Of a stretch of 64,000 bases of DNA, positions 18,043 through 28,455 are shown piece by piece. A program made the position numbers and the translations under genes. The notes below the pieces were generated by a model. That model was not told the DNA's origin. It saw only the letters and a list, made by a program, of their open reading frames with translations, and did no database searches. The stretch lies in contig JBAZTV010000001.1 in NCBI GenBank assembly GCA_041661765.1, positions 231,983-295,982 on the forward strand. The letters are read 5' to 3'. Each line of letters begins with the position of its first letter. Position 1 is the first letter of the stretch. Origin of the DNA: Candidatus Shapirobacteria bacterium. Its GTDB lineage: Bacteria > Patescibacteriota > Microgenomatia > UBA12405.

Positions 18043-18300
18043 TTGTATTATCATAAAGAAATGAAAACAGAAAATAAAAAAACAGAATGTTGTTGTGAAG
18101 AAAAAATCGTTGTTAAAAAAAATAAGTGCCATTGTACTAGTGGTGGTTCTAACGCAATTTATGGGTTGGGAGTTATTGGTGCTCTCTTTTATTTTCTAAA
18201 TACTGCTACCAGTTTTAGTTTAGTTTTAATTGGAATTGGAAAATCAATTTTTTGGCCAGCTATTTTGATGTTCAAACTACTGACTTATCTTCAGATGTAA
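18043..18300 (+). CDS. Cys-rich small membrane protein (CCC...CHC)
   Basis: 'TECCCEEK...KCHCTSGG', then two transmembrane segments. Sits upstream of the ArsR gene. Confidence 0.35.
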   Translation: MYYHKEMKTENKKTECCCEEKIVVKKNKCHCTSGGSNAIYGLGVIGALFYFLNTATSFSLVLIGIGKSIFWPAILMFKLLTYLQM

Positions 18301-18347
18301 TTTTTTAACATTAAATTCTTGCCAAATAATTTTAAAAGTCGTATCAT

Positions 18348-18629
18348 ATGAACATGCATTCATATGATAATAAGGAATTATCTACCTTACTTAAATTAAT
18401 TTCTGAGAACAGCCGTCTTCAAATTTTATATCTTCTCCAAAAAGGGGAGTATTGTGTTTGTAAATTAATAAAAGAAACCAAATTATCTCAAAGTCTTATT
18501 TCTCATCATCTAAAAGATCTAAAAAATGTAGATTTAGTTTCCAAAAGAATTGATGGTAAATGGTCTCATTATTCTCTTACTCCAAAAGGTCAAGAAATTA
18601 CTAATTTAATTTTTAAAATAAAAATATGA
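18348..18629 (+). CDS. ArsR/SmtB-family transcriptional regulator
   Basis: 'LQILYLLQKGEYCVCKLIKETKLSQSLISHHLKDLK' is the ArsR HTH with the CxC metal site. Confidence 0.8.
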   Translation: MNMHSYDNKELSTLLKLISENSRLQILYLLQKGEYCVCKLIKETKLSQSLISHHLKDLKNVDLVSKRIDGKWSHYSLTPKGQEITNLIFKIKI

Positions 18630-18859
18630 AAATCCAAGTTTTAGGTTCAGGTTGTCCAACCTGTAAAAATCTTTACGAATTAACTAAAACTGCTGTTTCA
18701 GAGTTGGGGATTGATGCTGAAGTTGAATATTCAACCGATATTTCCAAAATTATTGAGCTTGGTGTCATGCAATCACCAGTTCTCACTATTAATAATAAGG
18801 TTACTATGCTTGGATCTGGTAGTTTAGAAAAAATTAAAGAAATTATTAAAAAAGCCTAA
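18626..18859 (+). CDS. Thioredoxin-fold 'redox-active disulfide protein 2'-like
   Basis: 77 aa, N-terminal 'VLGSGCPTCKN' CxxC motif. Typical partner of ArsR and a permease. Confidence 0.7.
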   Translation: MKIQVLGSGCPTCKNLYELTKTAVSELGIDAEVEYSTDISKIIELGVMQSPVLTINNKVTMLGSGSLEKIKEIIKKA

Positions 18860-18861
18860 CT

Positions 18862-20214
18862 ATGGACATTTTTTACCCAATCCAACTTTTAGCCAATTAT
18901 ATCTCCCAAAATCCAGCCATTAATTTCTTTATTTACGACACCATTAAGATTGGCCTTCTTTTAGTTTTTATTAATTATTTAATGGCCATTACTCGCTATT
19001 ATTTTTCTATTAATAAAACTAGAGATTTATTAATCAAAAGACGTTGGTTTGGTCTTGATTATTTATTTGCCGCACTTTTAGGAGTGGTTACTCCTTTTTG
19101 CTCTTGTTCTTCAATTCCTTTATTTATTGGTTTTTTAAGTGCCGGAATTCCACTTGGAGTAACCTTTGCCTTTTTAATTGCCTCACCATTAGTCAACGAA
19201 TCATCTTTAATTTTATTCCCCGCTCTCTTTGGTTGGCAAACAACCATTATTTATAATGTTGCTGGAATTATTTTAGCCGTAGTTGGTGGCATGATTATTC
19301 AAAAATTACATTTAGAAAAATATATTAATCACCAATTATTGAAATATAAATGTCGTTGTGACATTGAAGCTGAAAATGGTGGTCAAAAAATAAAATTAAA
19401 AAAACTTCTCGGTTATTGGTGGGCTGATGGTTTCAAAATTACCAAAAGTATTTTCCCTTATGTTCTTTTAGGTGTTGGTCTTGGAGCTATTATCCATGGT
19501 TTTGTTCCAGCCAATTTTTTTGAAAAATATTTATCAATAAAAAGTTGGTGGACAGTTCCACTTGCTACTCTTATTGGTGTTCCTCTTTATGCCAATTCAG
19601 TTACAGTTATCCCAATTATTGAAGCCCTTATTAACAAAGGTGTACCAATGGGAACCGCTCTTGCTTTTATGACTGCTACCGTTGCACTATCTTTACCCGA
19701 GGCTCTAATACTCAAAAAAGCCATGAAGTGGCAATTATTAGCCATATTTTTTGGTGTTACCACCATTGGTATTATGTTAATTGGTTATCTTTTTAATTTT
19801 ATTCAATATAATCCAAAAGAAAAAATAGCCTCAGTTAATCAACAGCCCATTCCTGCTAAAACAGTAAATACCTCTCTGCCTTCTGGTTCTGAAAAAATTG
19901 AAGTTTTTGTTTTTCATACCACCAATCGTTGTCTTTCTTGTATTAATATTGGCAAATATACTAAGACAGTTATTGAAGAAAAATTCCCTCAAGATTTCAA
20001 ATCTGGAAAAATTACTTTTAGGGAAGTAAATATTGACTTGCTAGAAAATTTTAAAATGGCTCAAGAATATAAAGTTAGTGGCTCAGCTCTTTTTATTAAT
20101 GCCATTAAAGATGGCAAAGACAATCACGAAGAGGATACAACTGTTTGGCGTTTGGTTACCAATGAGGCTCAAATGAAGTCTTATTTTGAAGCCAAATTAA
20201 GAAAATTACTTTAA
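18862..20214 (+). CDS. Permease (COG0701/DUF318-type) with a C-terminal thioredoxin-like CxxC domain
   Basis: Polytopic membrane core. C-terminal ~110 aa 'FVFHTTNRCLSCINIGKY...' looks like a fused thioredoxin-fold domain. Confidence 0.55.
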   Translation: MDIFYPIQLLANYISQNPAINFFIYDTIKIGLLLVFINYLMAITRYYFSINKTRDLLIKRRWFGLDYLFAALLGVVTPFCSCSSIPLFIGFLSAGIPLGVTFAFLIASPLVNESSLILFPALFGWQTTIIYNVAGIILAVVGGMIIQKLHLEKYINHQLLKYKCRCDIEAENGGQKIKLKKLLGYWWADGFKITKSIFPYVLLGVGLGAIIHGFVPANFFEKYLSIKSWWTVPLATLIGVPLYANSVTVIPIIEALINKGVPMGTALAFMTATVALSLPEALILKKAMKWQLLAIFFGVTTIGIMLIGYLFNFIQYNPKEKIASVNQQPIPAKTVNTSLPSGSEKIEVFVFHTTNRCLSCINIGKYTKTVIEEKFPQDFKSGKITFREVNIDLLENFKMAQEYKVSGSALFINAIKDGKDNHEEDTTVWRLVTNEAQMKSYFEAKLRKLL

Positions 20215-20217
20215 TCT

Positions 20218-20919
20218 ATGGAATGGCTAAATTATTTAATCGATACCTACAATATTCCACTTCTGTCTGCTTTTCTGATTGGAATAATGGCTTCCATTAG
20301 CCCTTGCCCCTTAGCAACCAACATCACCGCCATCGCTTTTATTTCCAAAGATATTAAAAGTTCACGTCAAACTTTATTAAATGGTCTTTTTTACACCTTA
20401 GGTCGAGGAATTAGCTATACATTACTTGCCACTCTCATTTATTGTGGTCTTTCATCCTTTTCCATTTCCTCAATTTTTCAGGGTTGGGGAGATAAAGCTC
20501 TTGGTCCAGTTCTAATTTTAATTGGCTTAATTATGGCTGATATTATTAAAATTAATTTTAAAAATAGCAATCCAAAAATTGAGCAATTAAAACTTTGGTT
20601 ATCTAAAAAAGGTTATATTGGTTCACTTCTTTTAGGCATGCTTTTCGCTTTGGCTTTCTGTCCTTACAGTGGAGTCTTATTCTTTGGAGTTTTAATTCCC
20701 ATGGTTTTAAAATCTAACGAAAGTCTTTTATTATCACCATTATTTGCACTTGGGACAGGATTACCAGTCATAGTTTTTTCTTTTATCATTGCTTTCAGCG
20801 CCAATAAAATTGGTTCAACTTTTTCTAAGGTTTCTCAAGTAGAAAAAATAATCCGAAAAATCACCGCCACGATTTTTATTATTATCGGGATCTATTATTT
20901 GAAGAATTTATTGCTTTAA
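20218..20919 (+). CDS. CcdA/DsbD-like thiol:disulfide transmembrane electron-transfer protein
   Basis: Cys in transmembrane helices: 'SISPCPLA' and 'FCPYSG'. Confidence 0.6.
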   Translation: MEWLNYLIDTYNIPLLSAFLIGIMASISPCPLATNITAIAFISKDIKSSRQTLLNGLFYTLGRGISYTLLATLIYCGLSSFSISSIFQGWGDKALGPVLILIGLIMADIIKINFKNSNPKIEQLKLWLSKKGYIGSLLLGMLFALAFCPYSGVLFFGVLIPMVLKSNESLLLSPLFALGTGLPVIVFSFIIAFSANKIGSTFSKVSQVEKIIRKITATIFIIIGIYYLKNLLL

Positions 20920-21269
20920 TCTTTTTGTTCTTTCTTGATAGTTTTCCAGTGGTAGAGATAAACAGGGATACCAATTAGGATCATTGATAACGAATTTGAA
21001 AATTGTCGCTTACGTTGGTTTGATTGTTCTTGTTGATTTCTTTTTTCCATCTCTTCTGGAGAAATTGTTTGTTTTTCTTGGATTACTGGATCACTATAGT
21101 AAGTATATTCAGAAACTTTAAAAACATAATTTTTCATTCCCAAATCAACCAGCTGAACACTTCCGATTATAGTAATTAAAAGACCTACAAAGGAAAATAA
21201 GTATAGATATAAAAGACGGATATTAAATTTCATTATTATAAAAAGTATAACATTTAAATAATTTCCCAA
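20916..21269 (-). CDS. Hypothetical small membrane protein
   Basis: ORF only. Confidence 0.3.
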   Translation of the reverse strand: MGNYLNVILFIIMKFNIRLLYLYLFSFVGLLITIIGSVQLVDLGMKNYVFKVSEYTYYSDPVIQEKQTISPEEMEKRNQQEQSNQRKRQFSNSLSMILIGIPVYLYHWKTIKKEQKD

Positions 21270-21354
21270 ATTTACTTAAAATGATAAGTGGGCTGACATA
21301 CAGTTTTTATTATTTTTTAATAAATATTTTTTTATTATAGATTATAATAATTCC

Positions 21355-23772
21355 ATGATTTATCATGGACTTTCAAAAAATGAAGCTGTTGAACTTCAAA
21401 AAAAATATGGGAAAAATATTTTACCAATCAAAGACAATTTTTCTCGACCACTAATATTTTTTTCTCAATTTAAAAGCCCGTTAGTTTATATCCTCATTAT
21501 TGTTGCCATAATCTCCCTATTATTTGGTGAATTTTTTGATGCCTCATTAGTTGCCGTTGTCATTTTTATTAATTCCCTCATGGGTTATTATCAAGAGTTA
21601 AGTAGTCAAAAAACCCTTATCTCACTGAGAAATATTTTACAACCCACAGCCTTAGTTATTCGTAACGGTTCTAGGCATGAGATTAATATTCAAGAATTAG
21701 TACCAGGAGATATTATTGCTTTAAATGCTGGTGACAAAATTCCTGGAGACGGCATTCTATTAGACGGAATTAGTTTATTGGTTGATGAATCAATCTTAAC
21801 CGGCGAAAGTAAAGCTATTGAAATTTCATCGGATGATAAAAATCATCCTGGTTTATTACGCATGGGAACCACTGTTCTTTCTGGTAAAGGAATTATGAAG
21901 ATAGAAAAAATTGGAGTTGAAACAGAAATGGGTAAAATTGGAAAATCACTTTCTGAAATCATAGATGAAAAAACTCCTCTCCAGAAAAAACTTGAAGTTT
22001 TTTCTAATCAATTAGCCAAAATTATTATAGTAGTTTGTTCCATAATATTTTTGGCTGAAATATATCATCATTTAAATTTATGGGAAGCTTTACGTTTGGC
22101 GTTAATTTTATCCGTTGCTGCTATTCCAGAAGGTCTACCAATTGCCGTAACAGTAATATTAGCCATTGGTATGAAAAAGATTTTAAAAAAACAAGGTCTG
22201 GTCAAAAAACTTCTTTCCATTGAAACGTTAGGATCAACATCAGTCATTTGCACTGATAAAACTGGTACCCTCACCGAAGGAAAAATGAAAGTTGTTAAAA
22301 CTAATTTTGAAGATGAAATCAAAGCCCAATTATCAATGATTTTAGCCAACGAGCAAAGAGACAGTTTAGAAATTGCTTTATGGGATTTTGTTCAAAAAAA
22401 AGGTCAGTTAAATCCGAACAAAATTTTAGAATCCACCCCTAAAATATACGAAGAACCTTTTGATAGTATCAAAAAATATTCATTAACTATAACCAAATCA
22501 GGAGGCAAGGAAACTGCTTACATTATTGGAGCGGCTGAAATTGTTTTGTCTTTTTGCGATCTTTCAAAAAATGAAAAACAAAAAATTTTAAAAGAAATTG
22601 AAACTTCAGCTAATTTAGGATTAAAGGTTTTAGGTATGGCTTATAAAGAAATTGGTAATCTCAAAAAAACTGAAAAATTTATTTGGCTAGGTTTGTGTGG
22701 TATCGAAGATCCTTTACGATCTGGAGTCAAAGAAACTATAAAAAAAGCCTTATCGGCCGGAATAAATATCAAAATTGTTACTGGTGATTATCGTAAAACA
22801 GCCGAGGAAATCGCCAGACAACTCGGTTTTGATGTTAATTCCAAAAATTCGATTGAGGGGGTTGAAATCGAATCAATGTCAGACGCAAATCTTTCAGAAA
22901 AAATAAACCAAATAATTGTTTTTTCTCGTATTACCCCTCAACAAAAATTACGTATTGTCGAAATTTTACAAAGGAAAGGTGAGATTGTTGCTATGACCGG
23001 AGACGGAGTTAATGATGCTCCTGCTTTAAAAAAAGCCAATATTGGAGTCGTCATTGGGACAGGTACTGAAGTTGCTAAGGAAGCGGGTGATCTAATTTTA
23101 TTAGATGGCAATTTTGATACCATTGTGTCAGCGGTAGAAGAAGGTAGGAGAATTTTTTCTAATATTAAAAAAGTTGTTGTCTATGTTCTTTCCAATTCTT
23201 TTGTTGAAATATTTTTAATTTTTGGTACCACCCTATTAAATATTCCAATCCCTTTAACCATAGTTCAAATTCTATGGATTCATTTAATTTGCGATGGACC
23301 TCCCGACATTGCTCTTGGTTTTGAACCAAAAGAAACTGACTTGATGAAACAAAAACCAAAAACAATCAGAAACGAAAAAATTTTATCTCCAAAAATGAAA
23401 TTATTAATTTTTGGAATTAGTTTTTTAATCGGTGGCCTATCTCTTTTTATTTTTAATTATTTTGCCATTTCATCAGGAAATTTAATCTTAGGACGAACCT
23501 TAGTTTTTGCTATTGCCGCTACTGTTAGTCTCATTTATATTTTTTCTTTTAAAAATCTTAAAAAACCAATTATTAAAACCGAAAATTTTTTTGAAAATAA
23601 GGTTTTATTCTTTTCAGTTTTATACGGTTTTATTCTAATTTTTGCTGCCATTTATGTGCCATTTTTAAACCAAATATTAGGCACTGTACCTCTTAATTTA
23701 TTTCATTGGCTTATTGTTTTCAGTGTTGGCATTTTTGCCACTTTAATTGTTGAAATAAGTAAAATCTTTTAA
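21355..23772 (+). CDS. P-type cation-transporting ATPase (P2, Ca/Mg-type)
   Basis: 'ICTDKTGTLT' phosphorylation site, 'TGDGVNDAPAL' hinge, ten transmembrane segments. Confidence 0.9.
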   Translation: MIYHGLSKNEAVELQKKYGKNILPIKDNFSRPLIFFSQFKSPLVYILIIVAIISLLFGEFFDASLVAVVIFINSLMGYYQELSSQKTLISLRNILQPTALVIRNGSRHEINIQELVPGDIIALNAGDKIPGDGILLDGISLLVDESILTGESKAIEISSDDKNHPGLLRMGTTVLSGKGIMKIEKIGVETEMGKIGKSLSEIIDEKTPLQKKLEVFSNQLAKIIIVVCSIIFLAEIYHHLNLWEALRLALILSVAAIPEGLPIAVTVILAIGMKKILKKQGLVKKLLSIETLGSTSVICTDKTGTLTEGKMKVVKTNFEDEIKAQLSMILANEQRDSLEIALWDFVQKKGQLNPNKILESTPKIYEEPFDSIKKYSLTITKSGGKETAYIIGAAEIVLSFCDLSKNEKQKILKEIETSANLGLKVLGMAYKEIGNLKKTEKFIWLGLCGIEDPLRSGVKETIKKALSAGINIKIVTGDYRKTAEEIARQLGFDVNSKNSIEGVEIESMSDANLSEKINQIIVFSRITPQQKLRIVEILQRKGEIVAMTGDGVNDAPALKKANIGVVIGTGTEVAKEAGDLILLDGNFDTIVSAVEEGRRIFSNIKKVVVYVLSNSFVEIFLIFGTTLLNIPIPLTIVQILWIHLICDGPPDIALGFEPKETDLMKQKPKTIRNEKILSPKMKLLIFGISFLIGGLSLFIFNYFAISSGNLILGRTLVFAIAATVSLIYIFSFKNLKKPIIKTENFFENKVLFFSVLYGFILIFAAIYVPFLNQILGTVPLNLFHWLIVFSVGIFATLIVEISKIF

Positions 23773-23824
23773 AAAAGTTCTCTAGCTTTATTTTGTTTCT
23801 TTTTATCACTATAATTTCAGTTAG

Positions 23825-25966
23825 ATGCATCTAATCACTATTTTAGTGTTATTGCCTGTAATCCTAAATTTATCACTTTATTTATCCTGGTCTGTTTTTG
23901 GTTTAAATATTTTTTCTTCCCTAATAGCTATAATTATTACTTTATTTATTATCATTTTTTATTCCCAAAAAAAATTTTCTCAATTAAAAAAGAACCTAAT
24001 CAAAAAAATATATATTCTACCTTTACTATTAATAATTGGAAATATTATTCTAATCGCCGCTGTTTTATCTCCTTATTTCCAATTAATTAAAATTGATAAT
24101 TTTATTTCACTTGCCACTAGCAGTGTCACTGACCTTTACAAACATTCTTATGTGGTTACTTCATTACAAACTTTTGGTTTGCCACTACATCATCCATATT
24201 TCCCTCCAGCTTCTTTTTCTTATTATTATGGTTATTATCTAACTCCAGCTCTTTTTTCTTATTTTTTACCTCAATTTCAAAATTATTTTTTATTCTTTTA
24301 CATTATTTTCACTGATTTTATTTCTCTTCTCATTCTTTTTTTTATTATCACCAAATTCATTAAAAATAATTTTTTAAGATTTATTTCTTTATGTTTAGTA
24401 ATTTTTGGCATGGGTCTCGACATTTTCCCTATGTTCCTCGATGGCCGATTAAATCATCCTGATCTTATCGAAATGTGGTCTATTAGCAATCATTTAGGAC
24501 TAAGAATCGACAACACTTTCGTTTCTCTTTTATGGACACCTCAACATTTTTTTGCCGCCGCTGTTTCTTCTTTTTTTATTTATAAAATTATTACCAGCAA
24601 AACTTCTTCCTGGATTTTAATTTCTCTTTTTTCTTTTGTTTTTTTATCTAGCGCTTTTGTTGCTCTTTCCTTAGCTTTTATTACTTTTCTAATATTTATT
24701 ATTTTTCCCCAAAAACGTAAATCTATTTTTATAGTTGGTCTTTTTTCTATTGTTTTACTTTTACCCTATTTTTTTAGTGTCGCTCAAAAGGGCGGGGGGA
24801 TATTTCAGTTTTACCATTTTTATCCCTATTCATTTGTTGCCCAAAACCAAGTCCTTAATTATTTTCTAACCTTGCTTTCTGATTATGGCTTCCTCTTTCT
24901 TATTTTACCTTTTTTAATTCCTGTTTTTATTAAAAAAATAAAACCAACCCGCACATTAGCTTTACTTTTAGCTATTTATTTACCTGTAGTTATTACTTGT
25001 TTTATTTGCAGTACCGGCTATAACGATTTTGCTCTTCGTAGCACCATTTTACCTCAACTATTAGTAATAATATTTTTTATTAAAGCCGTCGAAATAATTT
25101 CCAACAAATTTATTAAATATTTTTTAATTGCCATTATTCTTTTAAATTTGATTATTTCCTCTTCTGGTTTTCTTTTTGAATATGCCAGTCGTTGGAAAAG
25201 TCGTCAAATTCTCGACCCTTATGCATCAGAGTTAATTCTCAAACTTCGTTCCATCAAAGACCCTGTAATTTTTGCCGCTATTGGCCAAAATGAATGGATT
25301 TTTCAAATTCCTCCTTTAGCTTTTAAACCAATTTATACTTCCGACCTTTATGATTCTGGTGGCTATCTTCAAGATAACCCATCTAACACTTTTGGCGAAC
25401 ATGAAACCAAAGAAAAAGAAATTTACACCAAACCCAACATTGGTTCTAATTTCAAAGAAATTATTTACGAACGAAATTCTTACCTTTTAGATTTAAATAA
25501 ATTTACTCGGGCTTATCAATTTGACTGGTTAATATTAGATCATCGCATTGGAGTTAAAAAAGGTCTCAATTTTTGGGTTCCTCTTTTTGAAAAAATTAAT
25601 GTCCAAAGTTGGTCATTAACTCCTACTTTTATCGCTTTTAATCGTCAAAGTCTTATTAGTCAATTGGCTAACAAAAGTATTTTTATTAATCAAAGCAAAC
25701 AACAAACTTTTAAAATAATTGATAATAAAGTCACCCTACCATCTGGGTTTTGGTATCTTTCTCTTTGTAATCAAAAAAAATCAGAATCAATTTTACATTT
25801 TGAGCCAGAAGATGCCTATCCTGTTTTTAGCTCACCAGTTAAAAGTGGTTTTTGTATCGGTAATTTTTTTTATTTAGAAAATAAATCATTATTAAAACTG
25901 CTCAATAATTCTAACCAAGAGATTTATATTTTTCCAGTTGAAGTGTTCACACAACAACTCCAATAA
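23825..25966 (+). CDS. Large polytopic membrane protein (713 aa), uncharacterised
   Basis: About 450-aa multi-transmembrane N-terminus plus a soluble C-terminus. No family motif recognised. Confidence 0.45.
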   Translation: MHLITILVLLPVILNLSLYLSWSVFGLNIFSSLIAIIITLFIIIFYSQKKFSQLKKNLIKKIYILPLLLIIGNIILIAAVLSPYFQLIKIDNFISLATSSVTDLYKHSYVVTSLQTFGLPLHHPYFPPASFSYYYGYYLTPALFSYFLPQFQNYFLFFYIIFTDFISLLILFFIITKFIKNNFLRFISLCLVIFGMGLDIFPMFLDGRLNHPDLIEMWSISNHLGLRIDNTFVSLLWTPQHFFAAAVSSFFIYKIITSKTSSWILISLFSFVFLSSAFVALSLAFITFLIFIIFPQKRKSIFIVGLFSIVLLLPYFFSVAQKGGGIFQFYHFYPYSFVAQNQVLNYFLTLLSDYGFLFLILPFLIPVFIKKIKPTRTLALLLAIYLPVVITCFICSTGYNDFALRSTILPQLLVIIFFIKAVEIISNKFIKYFLIAIILLNLIISSSGFLFEYASRWKSRQILDPYASELILKLRSIKDPVIFAAIGQNEWIFQIPPLAFKPIYTSDLYDSGGYLQDNPSNTFGEHETKEKEIYTKPNIGSNFKEIIYERNSYLLDLNKFTRAYQFDWLILDHRIGVKKGLNFWVPLFEKINVQSWSLTPTFIAFNRQSLISQLANKSIFINQSKQQTFKIIDNKVTLPSGFWYLSLCNQKKSESILHFEPEDAYPVFSSPVKSGFCIGNFFYLENKSLLKLLNNSNQEIYIFPVEVFTQQLQ

Positions 25967-25984
25967 AATTTAATTAATATTTGT

Positions 25985-26374
25985 TTGATACAATCGCGAA
26001 ATATGAAAAAAAAGATTAATAAATTTATATATTGGACACCAAGAATTTTAGGAATAATCTTTATTCTTTTTTTAATGATGTTTTCATTAGATATTTTCGA
26101 GCCGGGACTAACTGTTTGGCAGATAACCATTGGTTTGTTTATGCACAACATCCCCGCATTAATTTTATTAATTTTTTTAATAATTTCATGGAAACATGAA
26201 ATAGTTGGAGGGATTGTTTTTATTTTAGCCGGATTATTTTACATTTTTTTATTAGCTACTAGTTCTCATTTTGAATGGTATATGTTGATTTGGTCACTAA
26301 CAATTTCTGGTCCTGCGTTTTTAATTGGAACTTTATTTTTCTGTAATTGGTTTAAAAAGAAGAATTCCAAATAA
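25985..26374 (+). CDS. Hypothetical membrane protein
   Basis: Four transmembrane segments. Confidence 0.35.
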   Translation: MIQSRNMKKKINKFIYWTPRILGIIFILFLMMFSLDIFEPGLTVWQITIGLFMHNIPALILLIFLIISWKHEIVGGIVFILAGLFYIFLLATSSHFEWYMLIWSLTISGPAFLIGTLFFCNWFKKKNSK

Positions 26375-26437
26375 TCTTCATCTTTTTCTTTTATTAAAAA
26401 TCATAAATATAATAATCAATCGTGATATTCTAAATTA

Positions 26438-27181
26438 ATGTTTACTTTAATTTTAAGTAAAATATTTTGGGGAGCGGTAACCATATTGACTATTCCTACC
26501 ACTCTAATATTAGTTTCTTGGAATGCGGTGCCAGGCGATTCTACTTATAAAATTAAGACAGGGTTGGAACAGGTAATTCTTGGTGCCGCTCCTTCTTCTA
26601 ATTTAAAAAGCACACTGCAAATAAAATATACGGAAAAGCGTTTTAATGAAGTTCAAAAAGTATTATCAACTAGCCATGCCAGTGAGAGCTTAGATAATTT
26701 TAATAATCAATTAATAGCTTCCGAAAACAGTGTCAATGAAATTAAAAATGTTGAAGAGAAAAAAATCCAAACTCAAAATTTGATTAAAACTCTAGAAGAT
26801 GTTTCACAAAAAATTGAACAGGAAAGCCAATCACATCCAACTCCAGCCATAACTATCACTCTTACTCCAACAAAAATACCTTTCACTCCAATTCCTACTA
26901 CTCACAATAAAATTGAAATTAATATTCCAACTAGAGCTATTACTATTGTTCCAACCAAATCACCCCCCACAACCACTCCTACTGACACATCAAACAAGAA
27001 TCCTGACCCTAACATTCCAGATAAATTAGAAAAAACCAAAGAGAAAATAGATGAAACAATAAAAGAACTTAAAAAATCCCAAGAACAGGAACAAAATAAT
27101 AGCCAAAAACAAAATAATAATATTGATTTAAAAACTAATAATTCTAATCAAGATAATCAAAAAAAAGATAACAAAAAATAA
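26438..27181 (+). CDS. Membrane-anchored protein with a Thr/Pro-rich linker and Asn/Gln-rich tail
   Basis: N-terminal transmembrane segment, 'PTPAITITLTPTKIPFTPIPTT', low-complexity C-terminus. Confidence 0.35.
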   Translation: MFTLILSKIFWGAVTILTIPTTLILVSWNAVPGDSTYKIKTGLEQVILGAAPSSNLKSTLQIKYTEKRFNEVQKVLSTSHASESLDNFNNQLIASENSVNEIKNVEEKKIQTQNLIKTLEDVSQKIEQESQSHPTPAITITLTPTKIPFTPIPTTHNKIEINIPTRAITIVPTKSPPTTTPTDTSNKNPDPNIPDKLEKTKEKIDETIKELKKSQEQEQNNSQKQNNNIDLKTNNSNQDNQKKDNKK

Positions 27182-27207
27182 AAAAGAATCAATAATCGCT
27201 TTTAAAA

Positions 27208-28284
27208 TTATTTACCAGTCAATTTGTTGAATATTTCTTTCACACTTCCGTTTCCCGATTCTTTAAGTCGATATCCATTAGTGCCTGTAAACAAAACTCC
27301 TTTTTCTATGTCTCCAATATGCGCGTTATGGAGAGCCCTAATTATACAATAACCAATTCCATTTTCACTATATTCACATCCACGAAGACATTTGACACAA
27401 GTTCCTAAATTAAACCTCTCCCCAGAATTAACTTTTATTATAAAATCATTTTCAATAGCCCGTCCCGGCATTCCAACAGGGCTTTTAATAATTACAATAT
27501 TATTTTTCAATAAATGTCTGGCTTTAAATTCTTCAGAAGCATTACATTCTTTAGTAACCAAAAAACGCGTTGCCATTTGAACTCCACTTGCACCTATGTC
27601 CAACATGTGATCAATATCAGTTCTATCCCATATTCCGCCTGCAGCAATCACTGGGATATCATATTTTTTTGCTTTTAAAAATTCAACCAACTGGGGCACC
27701 ACCACCTCCAAACTAAATTCCCTTGTCCCAATATCTTCAACATGTGCCCCTAAATGACCACCAGCCGTGTTCGGTGTTTCCACCACAAAAGCAGCTGGTA
27801 AAGAATAATTACCCCATTTTCTTAATATAATATCTGTCGCCCTAAGACTCGAAACAATAGGTATTAAGGCAGGCGTTTCCTGTCCAGATCTTTTATATTT
27901 ATCTACATATTTTGGCAAACTTGTTGGTAATCCTGCTCCTGATACAATAAATTTGGCCCCGCTTTCCACTGCCACTCTTATCGAATTTTCATAATCAGTT
28001 GTTGCTACCATTAAATTAACCCCAACATTTCCGTTATTGGTCATTTCCAAAGCATTACAAATCTCACGCTTTAAACATAATTCATTTGCTTCTAAATAAT
28101 CCTCAGCCCTTTTAATTCTTGGAGATATACCTAAACCAACTCCGCCAATAGTTCCACAACCCCCTTCATTTGCAACCGCAGATGCCATTTCTTTTGTAGT
28201 CAAACCTGTCGACATCCCACCCAGAACGATTGGGTAACGAGATTCAATTTTTCCTATTCTCAATGGTGGCAATTCATTGTTCAT
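27208..28284 (-). CDS. Nitronate monooxygenase / FabK-like FMN oxidoreductase with a Cys-rich C-terminal extension
   Basis: 'IVLGGMSTGLTTKEMASAVANEGGCGTIG' and 'IPVIAAGGI' TIM-barrel motifs. C-terminal 'CVKCLRGCEY...GYCI'. Confidence 0.65.
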   Translation of the reverse strand: MNNELPPLRIGKIESRYPIVLGGMSTGLTTKEMASAVANEGGCGTIGGVGLGISPRIKRAEDYLEANELCLKREICNALEMTNNGNVGVNLMVATTDYENSIRVAVESGAKFIVSGAGLPTSLPKYVDKYKRSGQETPALIPIVSSLRATDIILRKWGNYSLPAAFVVETPNTAGGHLGAHVEDIGTREFSLEVVVPQLVEFLKAKKYDIPVIAAGGIWDRTDIDHMLDIGASGVQMATRFLVTKECNASEEFKARHLLKNNIVIIKSPVGMPGRAIENDFIIKVNSGERFNLGTCVKCLRGCEYSENGIGYCIIRALHNAHIGDIEKGVLFTGTNGYRLKESGNGSVKEIFNKLTGK

Positions 28285-28455
28285 ATATATTAATATTATA
28301 ACTCTAAATAAAACATAACAAATAAGGCCCAGTCAAGTAATTTCTCATATTACAATTATTAATTTTTATTTGATATTTTTTTGAAAAACTACAACCATTT
28401 GACATAATTTATATCTAACATAAAATATCGTTTATTAATAAATATAATTTAAATT

